This document shows, piece by piece, positions 41,521 through 54,127 of a stretch of 64,000 nucleotides of DNA; the first letter of the stretch is position 1, and the number at the start of each line of letters is the position of its first letter. Source of the DNA: Octopus sinensis (taxonomy: Eukaryota); NCBI RefSeq assembly GCF_006345805.1, contig NC_043007.1, positions 13,640,001-13,704,000 on the forward strand. The letters run 5' to 3'. A program made the translations under genes and the position numbers. Below the pieces are notes generated by a model. The model was given only the letters and a program-made list of their open reading frames with translations. It made no database searches and had not been told where the DNA came from.

Positions 41521-42173
41521 CTTTATTAATTTTTGCTTTCGTTATTGTTCCCTTTTAGGACAATTATTTATTATTCCCTTTTTTTACGAATTAAAAAATT
41601 AAGCCTTTACAGGATTTGAATTCTTTTCACTTCAATCAGGATTCCTCTTCAGCCACCACCCGCTTTTCTTTTTTTTTTTTTTTTTTGTTTGTTTCAAATT
41701 TTATTATTACTATCGAATACAATAACTGAGCAACGAAATAGTATAAAGGACAATGCTTCAACTATTACTATTACTAAAATAATTCGAATAATGGCGATTG
41801 ATATAGGGAAAATATAAAAATATTGATAATAATATTAAGAGTATTACCGACATCTTGAAATCCAGAAACAAAATACACAAATAATTTATAAATTACAAAA
41901 CAAGTAAAAAAATTTAAAGAAAAAGAAAATGAAATAAGGAAGAAAGACAAATCTAATATTTAAAAAGAGAGGGAAAGTAGTATATATTATATATGTAATA
42001 TATATATATATTATATATATATATATTTTATATATAATAATATATATATCTATATATATGTTTGTGTGTGTGTGGTGTATTTGTATATATGCATATATAT
42101 GTGTGTATATATAGTATGATATATATATATATATGTATGTATATATGTATGTATGCATGTTCATGTATGTATG

Positions 42174-42206
<33 letters not shown>

Positions 42207-42380
42207 TATATATATTATATATATATATATATATATAATATATGTGTGTGTGTGTGTGTGTGTATTTGTATATATGCATATATATGTGTGTATATATAGT
42301 ATGATATATATATATATATGTATGTATATATGTATGTATGCATGTATGTATGTATATATATAATATATATATAATATATA

Positions 42381-42412
<32 letters not shown>

Positions 42413-42415
<3 letters not shown>

Positions 42416-42630
42416 GAGGAGGAGTGGGTGTGTGGTAAGTAGCTTGCTGATCAACCACTTGGCTACGGGTTCTCATCCCACTGTGTCACACCTTGGTCAA
42501 GTGATTTTTACTATAGCCTCGGGCTGACCTATCCCTTGTGAGTGTATTTGCTTGACAGAAACTGAAAGAAGCCTGTCGTATATATATATATATATATATA
42601 TGTGTGCGTGTGTGTGTATGTGTGTGTGTG
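42413..42630 (+). mobile_element. SINE D 5' half ending at its internal microsatellite
   Basis: GTGTGGTAAGTAGCTTGCT...GAAACTGAAAGAAGCCTGTCG(TA)n. Confidence 0.8.
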
Positions 42631-43249
42631 AGAAAGAGAGACAGACAGACAGAGCGTGTTTTCTAGGTCCTAGACACACGCTGGCGCCAATTCTGTATCT
42701 AAGTAAAGTGCTAATTGCATGAAGACACCAAAGTTTAATAAATCATTAAATAAAGCAAAAAGCAATATGAAATTATACACACACACACACACACATATTG
42801 ATACATACATATATATACCCATCCACGCATACACAAATATTCATATGGGCGCGCGCGTACGTGCGTGTGCGCGTGTGTATGTGTGTGTAAATGTGCCTGG
42901 CCTACCTGTACATGTATTCGTATGTTTTGTGTGTTTGTAAGGTGAGGTGAATACTGTATCGGCAATCTATATTTATACAAACTCCTATATATTATTACTC
43001 TCAATGCTTGAAATAGATTTCAGTATCGTCTGTAAGTCTATCAGTTTTTCTCTCCCCTTTTTCTTTATAGAGCTTTTTTTTAAATCCAAAATGGCTGCAG
43101 CCAATGACCAGTTATTCTCTATGAAATACCAAGAACAATACCATTCGTCTCAGTAGTAATTATAATATAAAGAATTAATGTTATTTTTTTTATCTTTGTT
43201 ATTGTTAATATTGAAGCTTCAGTTGTTAATGTTGATGCTTACGTGGAAT

Positions 43250-43297
43250 TTATTATTATCATCATTATTGTTGTTGCTACTATTATTATTATTATTA

Positions 43298-43346
<49 letters not shown>

Positions 43347-43381
43347 CATTATTATTATCATTATTATTATCATTATTATTA

Positions 43382-43443
<62 letters not shown>
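43250..43443. repeat. (ATT)n microsatellite
   Basis: Tandem repeat. Confidence 0.95.
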
Positions 43444-43444
<1 letters not shown>

Positions 43445-43728
43445 GTACATACTTTTTACCGCTTTAATCTTTGATAACATTAAATTTCCTGGGAGTTAAC
43501 ATTTTTTTTTCATATTACGGTTTATTTATTTTTTAATGTCTTTTTTTAATATTTCATGTATATAATTCTTTACTTTTTTGTATTTTCATTTTAATTTTAT
43601 TTATGTATTTATTTTATTTATTTTATTTATTTATTTATTATTTTTTTTTTTCTTCGTGGCATTAGAATTCAATGATTGATGTACTGTGAATGAATCGTCA
43701 GATTTAGTTGGGCATCCAACCAGACATT

Positions 43729-43776
<48 letters not shown>

Positions 43777-44322
43777 GGGGAAAGAGACACACAGAGAGAA
43801 AGGGAGAGAGAGTGACAGAGAGACAGAATTAGAGAAAAAGAGAGAAAGGAGGGAGAGAATTTGAGTTAATGAGCAAGATAGAAAAATAGAAGTTAGAGGA
43901 GAGCGCTTGGGCTGAAGACGAAGAGGAAGGACCATATATAGAGAGAGAAAATGGAGAGAAAGGGAAACAGATGCGGCGGAAAGGGGAGTAAAAAGTGGAT
44001 AAAGAGAATAAAGGAAAATGCTATAAGCAGAAAAAGAAAGACACCGAATCCGTTTTCTCCAGATACTTTTACCATTTTTTTCTTTAAAAAAATTCTTTAC
44101 ATCTTTCCCCCTGATTCTTTTTTTTTTTTTTTTTTCCTTTCCATCCATATTCTATCATCCTTTATAGTTTTCTGTTTTGCTAATGTCAAATCATATTCTG
44201 CATCTTCTCACCACCTCTATTCCTATCAAATTGTATTCTTGTCCTTTCTTAGTTTCGGTTTATTTTGTTCTTTGATTGCATTTGTCTTATATATACATAC
44301 ATACATACATATATATGTGTAT

Positions 44323-44369
<47 letters not shown>

Positions 44370-44370
44370 G

Positions 44371-44460
<90 letters not shown>

Positions 44461-44571
44461 TATATTTTTTATATATATATATTATGTATATATATATATA
44501 ATCTAGTTTATTATTATCTAAAATCCTCCACATTATTTCAGCTATTTTCTACTTTTCATCACTTTACGGTC

Positions 44572-44604
<33 letters not shown>

Positions 44605-44643
44605 CATTATATTATTATTATTAATATTATTATTTTATCATTA

Positions 44644-44728
<85 letters not shown>

Positions 44729-45254
44729 GTGCTCCATGGTTTCTGTTTCCTTTAACTCCTATTCTTGCCAGGTTCCACTCAGTACTTAGGTTTCTTGAAA
44801 TCCTCCAGCCTTCGCTTTCTTTTTCATTATTCTGATTTTTTTTTTTTGTATTTCTAATCTATTTTTGTATCGTTCATTCAACTGTTTCCGTAACACCCAC
44901 TTACAACTGAATTGTCTAAATGTTCCTCTGATCGAATGTACATCACCTACACATATTCTTATTCCATACATGACTGTGTATGTACGAGTGTATGTCTGTG
45001 TGCGTGAGTTTGTGGGCGCGCATGCGTGCAAGTGTTTATTCAAATGTGCAGTCTCACTCCATCAATTCTTTGTGTTTTTAAGTTTCATTCACGTTACCCA
45101 TGGAACATTGCCGAAGAAATGGGATAGAAATAGGAAATTTGCAGAATCGAGTAATGAACTTATCACTTCGGAACAAATAAATATAGTTTATTACATGCAT
45201 TGAATAATTTACACCATACGTATATAGGTGTATACACACAAGCAAACACACATA

Positions 45255-45749
45255 CCGTAAATTCTCGAGTATAATCCGCATTTTTTCCCCAAAATTTAAT
45301 GGTCAAAATCCCTGGTGCGTACTATATACGAGGTTAAAAATAAATATTATTTTCGAAGCAATGTCCGAGTCTCTATTTGCTGTCCGGCAATGTTTATTCA
45401 GACGTATTTTGTGATACCGGGCGCTAAATTACCTTAAGCTAAGCCTGAAAGCAATGAAGTCATAAAAGAATCATCTATAACTTGCAGTTAGCAAAATTTA
45501 TTAAACGTTATTACTGTTATTTCTTTATTTTCTGCAAACAAAATGCACAAAAAAGCTACACGTTTGCATTATGTTATATATACAATAATAATAAAGGACG
45601 TTACCGTATACATTTTTACAAATCAAGGACGTTGTATAGACCTCCTTGACTCAAGTTAGAGAAAGGGTGCATATTATACACAAGGTTTAGGCTTTTCAGA
45701 GGTACAGCCCCCTAAAAATCCCCTGCGGACTATACTCAAAGATTTGCGG
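45255..45749. mobile_element. Tc1/mariner-superfamily MITE (CCGTA-type TIRs)
   Basis: TA|CCGTAAATTCTCGAGTATAATCCGCA ... TGCGGACTATACTCAAAGATTTGCGG|TA: ~26 bp imperfect TIRs and TA duplication. Confidence 0.85.
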
Positions 45750-46368
45750 TACACACAAACGCATACATATATGTGTGTGTGTGTGTGTATGTATCTAAGA
45801 CATATCTCTGTGGTTAAGAAGTTTACTTCGGAAGTTTGGGCTTTGGTGTTTAATTCCACTCAGCAGATCCTTGGGTGACTTCTACCATGACCCCGGGGTG
45901 ACGGCTGCATTTTGAATCCATTCAGAAGATGGAAACTGTATGGAATCTTCTCGGATGTGTGCATGTGTTTGTCTGTGTGTCTTTCAATGTGTGTTTCAGT
46001 GTGTGTACTCATTTATCTGCCACTGCTTGACTACTGAAATTCGTTTGCTTAATGTAACCGAAAGTTATCGGAAAAGTGAAGATGACAATAGAAGTACCAG
46101 ATTCAAATATGACACGTATGACGGATGATTCGATAGATTAACTATTCAAGATGGTGACCCAACATTGGAGGCAAACACCTTTCCTTCATGTGTTCGGCTT
46201 CAAAACTTAAGACACTGGGAAACCAATGGTAGACTTAATTCACAAACAAAGAAATTATATCCAACAATGCAGTGTTGAGCACTCAATTTTATCTTTCCCC
46301 ATTTACATGGACCTTGAGTCACTCTGTTACTTTTGCTAAATATTGTATATATATATATATGTACACAT

Positions 46369-46428
<60 letters not shown>

Positions 46429-46452
46429 TATATAATATATATATATATATAT

Positions 46453-46663
46453 AACGGGAAGCTTTATGAAAATAAACAAAAGACGAAGGCAGATGGAGTA
46501 CAAACAAACAATTGTATTAGTATGGCGCTCAGGAATATAAACAAAAAAAGTCTTTTACGTTTCGAGCCTACGCTCTTCAACAGAAAGATACACAGAAAAG
46601 AAACACGGAGAGAAACAAGGAGAGAGAAAAATGTGTGCAGAAGCTAGCGATTCAACATGGCGA

Positions 46664-46668
<5 letters not shown>
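46453..46668 (-). mobile_element. Penelope-type repeat in (TA)n with a variant hammerhead motif (46551-46588)
   Basis: Minus strand reads TCTTT-CTGTTGA-A-GAGC(GTAG)GCTC-GAAA-CG-TA-AAAGA. Flanked by (TA)n on both sides. Confidence 0.75.
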
Positions 46669-46696
<28 letters not shown>

Positions 46697-47628
46697 CGGG
46701 GGGCGTGCATAATCCCAAAACGCTGCGGTACCCATCAACCGGAAGAATGAACTATCTTATTGCTTTGCTTCCATCAGAGTTATGTCATATTAGTGAACTG
46801 CAAACGAATGGCACCTGACAAACCGGATATACCATTTTAGGCTTTCCTCCACTCTGAGGCACATCACTTAATCCCTCTCGTCTCTATAGACTACAGTTCT
46901 CTCCACGCTGACTGTCCATCCTAGCACCACCTAATTCTAATCGGGCACCACCAAATCTGGTTACTCACACCGATATTGGATTGGTACTCTGCTAACCCTC
47001 GACAATGCCCAGCTCGGACATGTGTACATATAAATACAACGAACTGATGTCGCTCAATAACAACACAGAAGAGCCAGGCATAGCAATGACAGCTGACCGC
47101 CAAAATAGTCTTCTACCACGTGACTGAGCAGAAAATATCAAAATAGACGTCACTTCAAAACTGAATAACACCACGGGCTCTGAATTGGCCAACAGGCACC
47201 TAACATTTAGATGACATCTAGATACGTAATACGAGGCTCCAAAAATTGAAGCTGCCAGGAGCTGAGTCGGTTGGTTATTAAATAATACATGTAATTCCAT
47301 CCAAATATGTTGAGAACCACTTGTGTGTGTGTATGTGTGTGTGGCAGGGGAGGTGTATACATGCTGAAGAATAACAAAATGGGTAAATGGAGAAGCAACA
47401 AAATAAGGGTGGTATCAAGTTTAACCGATATTATCAGGAAAAATAAAAACTCCGAAATTGTCTTTCGCGGGACATGTTTAGAAGAATTTATAGAATTTAA
47501 GCTACGCCCTCAGGTGAAAGAAAGTCTTTGTTAAGTAGTAGATAGGTGACATAGCATTCAAAATTTTCTTTAGAGTCCTTAAAATATATTTTAAGAATTC
47601 TTTGTAGGTTCAGTCTATTTTCTAAATC

Positions 47629-48478
47629 TAGAGTGAGTACTAGGCTTACAAAGAATAAGTCATGGTTTCGATTTCTTCGACTAAAAACCCTTTAAGGTGG
47701 TGCTTCAACACTCAAACGACTGAAACAAGTGAAAGAATACGGAATAAAAGAATATGTATATGCTTCCCAACTACATGGTTCAGGGTTCAGTCCCACTGCG
47801 TGGCACGTTCCGCATGTGTCTTCTACCGACCAAGGCTTTGTGAGTGGATTTGGTAGACAGAAACTGAAAGAAGCTCGTCGTATATCTCTATGTATATGTG
47901 TATTTGCGTATGTGTGTGTAATTGTGTATATGTGTCTGGGGTTGTCCCCAACCATCGCTTGACAACCGATGTTGGTGTGTTGACCTCCCGTAACTTAGCG
48001 GTTCGGAAAAAGATACCGATAGTATAAGGTCTAGGCTTACAAAGTATAAGACTTGGTGTCGATTTGTTCGACTAAAGGCGGTGCTCAGGAATTGCTGCAG
48101 TCAAATGACTGAAACAAGTAGAAGAATATATCATAGGATTGCGGTTTCGATTCCCAGATCGGGCGTTGTGAGTGTTTATTGAACAAAAACACCTAGAGCT
48201 CCACGAGGCCCCGGAAGGGTGGAGAGTGGAGTGGTGACGAACCCTGCTTCTCCCACTCTTCTACAACGTTCTCCCACTCTTTCTACCTGTTTCTGCCGTA
48301 CCTGTATTTCAAGGGGCCATGCTTGAACACTCTGTGTCACGCTGAATCTCTTCGAGAACTACGTTAAGGGTAAACATGTCTGTGGAATGCTCAGCCACTT
48401 GCACGTTAATTTCACGATTAGGCTGTTCCGTTGATCGGATCAACTGTCACCCTCGTCGTCGTCACCGACGGAGTGCCA
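47629..48478 (+). mobile_element. SINE cluster: D 3' fragment, D (~47760-48127) and 5'-truncated B (~48131-48478)
   Basis: Homology to the D and B copies above. Confidence 0.8.
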
Positions 48479-49270
48479 CGATCTAATCATCATCGTTATA
48501 TGTTCCCATCGTGTTTGTTAGATTGTTTTTGCTTCTTCAATTTGTTTTTTCATAACTGTTTGTTTCTACAAGTTATTTCTGCTTTTCGTGATTTTATTGT
48601 GTACATTTTATTGTTTCTATTATTCGTTTTTATTTATTGTTATTTTATGAGAGCAGAAAAAGCAGTGTTTAATTGTTAAATATAATTCTAATTTATGTGG
48701 GCTGAGACGGTCGTTATTTAGCGATTGTTGTTTATTTATGACATCAAAAGTAGAATAAATTTCCATTAGTGTGATTAGAGTGGTGAGGTTGGGAGGAAGT
48801 GCTAATAATGGCGGTACACGACTTGCTCCTATACAAGGCGGAGAAGTTGAAGAACGGGGATGAATATAAAGTTTGGAAGAAGTAAGAAGGGAGGAATTGG
48901 TAAGCAGAGGTTGGGGAGGGTAAAAAAAGAAACGACACCAGTTTTCATCAATAGAACAGTACAAATATTGTGACGATTACCACAACCATTACAAACCCGA
49001 AAAATAAACACACGAAATATACATATGTGTGTGTATGTGTGTGTGTGTGTGTGTGTGTAACAGGAGACAAAGAATGTGTCTATGATTCTGTCGAAACCAG
49101 TATCCGTGATTCTCTTTGTGTAATTGATGTCAACTGTGACGAGAACTGACCTGCTACGAATACCATTGAAATACCCTTTACATTTTCATATGAATTTCCC
49201 TCTGGATTTCTCAGTTGAGTAACGGACATAGATAGACTTGGATGTAAGAGAATGGAAAACGAGATGATTC

Positions 49271-49625
49271 TGGCTAGAAACCTTAAACTGCAACGAGGTA
49301 GTTTTGGGCCAGTCTAACTCTGGAACACCACGGGATTCACGGGCCGACAACGGGCCGACCATGGGTCGACCCGGGCCGACCTTGTCCACTACAGGATTCA
49401 TGGGCCGACCACGAAGCGATGCCCCAGTATGGTCGCACTCCAATGACTGAAACGTGTAGGAAATAATGGCTAGAAACCTAAATTGCAACGAGGTAGTGTT
49501 GGACCAGTCTAACTCTGGAGCACCACGGGATGCACGGGCCAACCTCGAGTCGACCACGGACCGACCTTGTGCACCACGGGATTCACGGGACGACTACGGG
49601 CCGACTACGGGCCGACCACGGACCT
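49271..49625. repeat. ~196 bp tandem duplication containing 11-bp ACGGGCCGACC-like subrepeats
   Basis: TGGCTAGAAACCT...GCAACGAGGTAG...CCAGTCTAACTCTGG occurs at 49271 and 49467, each followed by GC-rich subrepeats. Confidence 0.85.
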
Positions 49626-50840
49626 TATGAATATATTTGGGAAAAGGGAAAAATTAAGAGGCCTATCGTAAATATGTCTTCTGAATTTCTATTGTGCCAT
49701 CCACCGCATGACCAGTGGTGTTTATTTTCGTTCCTATAACTTAACTGTTCGAAAAACATAAATTCTGGTATCGATTTGTTCAAACAAACCCCTCGAAGCG
49801 ATGCCCCAGTATCGTCGCAGTCCAATGACTGAAACGTGTATGAGATAAAAGATTAGAAATTTCTCTACGAGAATTTAGAAGGAAAAAAAAAAATGTTTGC
49901 TAAGTCTGTACATTGTCTGAAAGAAGGACGTGGAAATAAACTTGAAAATCTGTAAAACTGAAGTGTTTTGCAGCCCAGCTCTCACCCAAGAACAAACATA
50001 CACCATTTAAACAAACTTGATATGAATCCACCACTCTTTACAATTAATAACAATGAAAAACAACAACAATAGACACCGGAAATACCGCCATTATCTCTGC
50101 TTTCAACGTCACAGCTCCGCAGAGAATATGAACAACACACTTAAATCCCGACATTTCACATACAAAAGTAAACGCCGTAAACGTAAGTCAAACACTTGAA
50201 ACTATATACTGCGATATAACGACTAATAGCCTTTAAAACTCTCTTTTCGGAACAGAAAAAAAAAATTACCATTAATCTCGACATTAACATGGCGATATGC
50301 AGGAAACTGCTTCGAGAACGCATCATAGAACACGTCAAAGCTGTAACCTGTACATTTGCTGCTCGATATACTAGGCATCTCTCGCAAGCATCGAAGTCTT
50401 GGGGAAAAAAAAACCCGGAAAATAAGAAAAGATAGGAAAAAAATAACATGAAGGCCGCATAGATCAATGTAGGCTGGTTATATAAAATAACACGATTGCC
50501 ATAGCTGCAACGTATTTGATGATATGTATGCTTAACCATGATCAACTTGATTTTAAACTATATGTCCACCCATGAGCATATTTGGTTAAGTCATTCCTGA
50601 GGCGTAGAATGCCTAAATTTACGATTGTAATACGCAAATGCCACAAACGTCCATCAAACAATAATATTGCCCAGCACCACGCTAGAAATGCAGACACTGA
50701 AAGCTAAACTGGTATCAAGGAAACCATTCATATAATAAAACGTTTTCACACACACGCACACACACACACACACAAACACACATACACATGATATATATAA
50801 TATATATTTATAATATTTGATCGAAAAATGAATATATATA

Positions 50841-51232
50841 TCTTTATATATAAAAGAAAGGTTGTGTGTCTGTCTACTCCGATTTAGATTCCTAACTACT
50901 CCCACATTTTGCGGTGCAATTTAACCAAAACCGGGTATCTTATAGTCGGGATTCATATCGAGCCCTTCTGGGTATTAGCGCGCGTCTACAATGAGTCTAC
51001 GATTTTAAAAATAATTTACCATCATTTTTTTCCATTTTAAGGCATATTTTTTTAATATAAGGGAAGAAACTCTCTAAAAATGTCTACGATGAGTCAACGA
51101 TTTAAAAAAAAAATTACCATCATTTTTTTTCCATTTTTAATGCATTTTTTGCTATTTTTTGGCTATAACTCTCTAAAAATGCTTTATAGTTATTTCCCTT
51201 ACAAACCCGAGCAACGCCGGGCGATACTGCTA

Positions 51233-51233
<1 letters not shown>
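50841..51233 (+). mobile_element. Non-autonomous Helitron H1 copy 3
   Basis: A|TC ... CCCGAGCAACGCCGGG CGATACTG CTAG|T. Confidence 0.92.
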
Positions 51234-51290
<57 letters not shown>

Positions 51291-51294
<4 letters not shown>

Positions 51295-51475
51295 TTTATT
51301 TAAAAGCAGCAGAAGTATAACAAAAGATGTTACTCAGAGTTTCATGTTCCCGTTCGACGGACAGTTTTGTTAACATGGATGTCCGACAAAACTCTCCGAC
51401 GAATGGGAACGTGAAACTCTGAGTAACAGCTTTTCTTTTTTTTTTCATATTTCTGCTGCTTTTAAATAAAGCATA
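51291..51475. mobile_element. Inverted pair of Penelope-type ends, each with a hammerhead-like motif
   Basis: Arms 51291-51370 and ~51385-51475 are reverse complements. Motif CTGT-CCG(A/T)CGA-ACG(GGAA)CGT-GAAA-CTCTGAG-TA-ACAG is the consensus of the two arms. Confidence 0.7.
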
Positions 51476-51968
51476 TTACTCTACCTCTGGTAGACGTGTC
51501 AGATAATATGACATAAATTTCATATTTTTAATGAAACAGACTCTCACCTCATCAGGATGCTCCACGACACGAAAGACACAATGATAGCAACGTATAAAAG
51601 CAACTTACTTCGTTACATTCCAACCAATTTCAAATACTAGTTTTTAGCGACGGAAGCACTATTAATGCGAAAAGTTAATCCGAATTAGCAAACGAATGTC
51701 TTCTTAGAATATCGAATACTGCACTATTCAGAAGTCCTCTCATATAAGCGTGACGCATAAAAGCAAATACACAGATCTCTATCATTGGAATAGATTGAAT
51801 CAAAGGCGATATGGATGTTCCGGCCCTCATGACAGGAGATGCTTGTTTGCTACGATCTATGTCCGTGCATCTCAGCACCAAGCGCCTCTATGAGAGAATC
51901 TCTCAAGTCTAATAACACAGTATTCCGAATTGCCACAAGACAACTATGTTAAGCTGGATTTAATGATA

Positions 51969-52362
51969 TCTTTATATATAAAACTGTAGTTGTGTGAGTG
52001 TCTGTCCCCTTCGATTTAGATTCCTAACTACTCCCACATTTTGCGGTGCAGTTTAACCAAAACCGGGTATCTTATAGTCGGGATTCATATCGAGCCCTTC
52101 TGGGTATTAGCGCCCGTCTACGATGAGTCTACGATTTTAAAAATAATTTACCATCATTTTTTTCCATTTTCATGCATATTTTTTTAAAGGGAAGTAACTC
52201 TCTAAAAATGTCTACGATGAGTCAACGATTAAAAAAAATATTTACCATCATATTTTTTCCATTTTTACTGCATTTTTTTGCTATTTTTTGGCTATAACTC
52301 TCTAAAAATGCTGTATAGTTATTTCCCTTACAAACCCGAGCAACGCCGGGCGATACTGCTAG
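51969..52362 (+). mobile_element. Non-autonomous Helitron H1 copy 4
   Basis: TC start, hairpin + CTAG end, A|T target. Confidence 0.92.
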
Positions 52363-52379
52363 TATAATATATATTCATA

Positions 52380-52892
52380 TCTATATATATAAAACTGTAG
52401 TTGTGTGAGTGTCTGTCCCCTTCGATTTAGATTCCTAACTACTCCCACATTTTGCGGTGCAGTTTAACCAAATTCGGCTATCTTATAGTCGTGATTCATA
52501 TCGAGCCCGTCTGAGTATTAGCGCGCGTCTACGATGAGTCTACGATTTTAAAAATAATTTAACATCATTTTTTATTACATTTTAATGCATAATTTTTCGT
52601 GTGTCGATGGCGGCGGAGTTGGCGTCCATGGTCACACCTGCACCTGTTTGCTTCTCCCCCTTCTTCCCTCCCTCGTGAAGCTGTGGGGAAGGGAGTGTAA
52701 GGAAATCAACGTCGTAAAGGGTTGTCAAGGAGACCAGCGTTCTTTTAGAACAACGACTTCATGGCTTGAAGACACCAAAACAGAAATGGCTGAGAAAGCC
52801 CGAATTGGCATCTATAAGGGAAGTAACTCTCTAAAAATGGTTATATAGTTATTTCCCTTACAAACCCGAGCAACGCCGGGCGATACTGCTAG
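52380..52892 (+). mobile_element. Helitron H1 copy 5 with a 215 bp extra internal segment
   Basis: Same termini as copy 4. 52598-52812 is absent from the other four copies. Confidence 0.9.
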
Positions 52893-53647
52893 TCATATAT
52901 AAATACATCAAACACACACACACACACACACACACACAGATTTATATATTCTATTAACGACCATATTTATATTGCCACATTACACATCTATTCCACATCA
53001 CTCTGATATCAAAGAATTTTTCAATACGCATCCTGTTACTAAAAGAATCAAGCTAACGCAAGAGGTGACACCTTAAATACAGTTCACATTCTAAACTATC
53101 AACATTGAGATAACACTCATCACACAGCAAATTCAGTAGGATTGCATTGCTCTTTCATTTAAACATTTCAATTCCATGAAGCTGCCCTCGCAGTCACACA
53201 GAAATCAATCAACCAAATATACTTCGAGAGTCTGTACACTCTCAAAACTTGCTCATTAACATCAATTTACAAATGAAAAAATAATTTTACAAACATAACG
53301 AATACATAATAGGTATACATCTAACTATGATTGCGTGCGTGTATTTAATTCATCGCTTCACACAGGGATTATCAAAGAAACACGAGAACGTTCATACGTC
53401 TTGCATAAGAAAAGAATACGGCTGTGTTTAACAGTCGGGAAGAGTGGCTCCACTAGAGTAAAAATACCCAAGAGTAAAACGGTGGTCTTCATTTTTATCA
53501 GAAGTTAAGGACTCTAGGAAAGAAGCAAATTAATGGGTATTATACCTTTTAAACCTCACAAAAAATATTCTAATCTTTGAATATGAATATTTGCTGCTAT
53601 GATTCAGTGGTCATCGTTTGCGTTATGAAATGTTACTATGTGGGAGA

Positions 53648-53820
53648 TGCCGTTACGTTGTGAGTTCAAATTCCGCCGAGGTCGACTTTGCCTTTCATCC
53701 TTTCGGGGTCGATTAAATAAGTACCAGTTACGTACTGGGGTCGATGTAATCGACTTTATACCTATGTCTGTCCTTGTTTGTCCACTCTATGTTTAGCCCC
53801 TTGTGGGTAATAAAGAAATA
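53648..53820 (+). mobile_element. SINE family C, 5'-truncated
   Basis: Body and tail match family C. Confidence 0.85.
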
Positions 53821-54127
53821 GACATTCTTGGAAGTGAAAAGAAATGCCGTTTATATGTTGAGTATAAAGTACTAGTCGCAAACTCTGAGTTTCGCAGATT
53901 ATCAGAGATGCTAATGAGGTTGCTGCAATAAATATTTAGCTTGAATGGACATGGACATACATAACATGCTAAACGATAATACCCAGAGACAAATGATTGA
54001 GCATAGGGCAGACTAAAGGATTCGTTCGGGACCAGAGTGTGGCATAATCGGGAGGGTGAGGAGAAATACATGGGTGTTTGGGTATTCCTGATATGTAAGT
54101 TAAGCTGGATTGCACATCAGGATTTAA

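Noticed and set aside
40117-41558. Long poly-His, poly-Asp and poly-Ser/Thr ORFs (up to 323 aa)
   Set aside because: Open only because (CAT)n/(ACT)n repeats lack stops in those frames. No domain or gene context.
46695-47240. Possible mariner-like remnant starting TACGGGGGGCGT
   Set aside because: No second TIR or convincing transposase motif.
49330-49625. CRISPR-like array
   Set aside because: Repeats are 11 bp, degenerate and mostly adjacent, with no spacers or cas genes, in a eukaryotic context.
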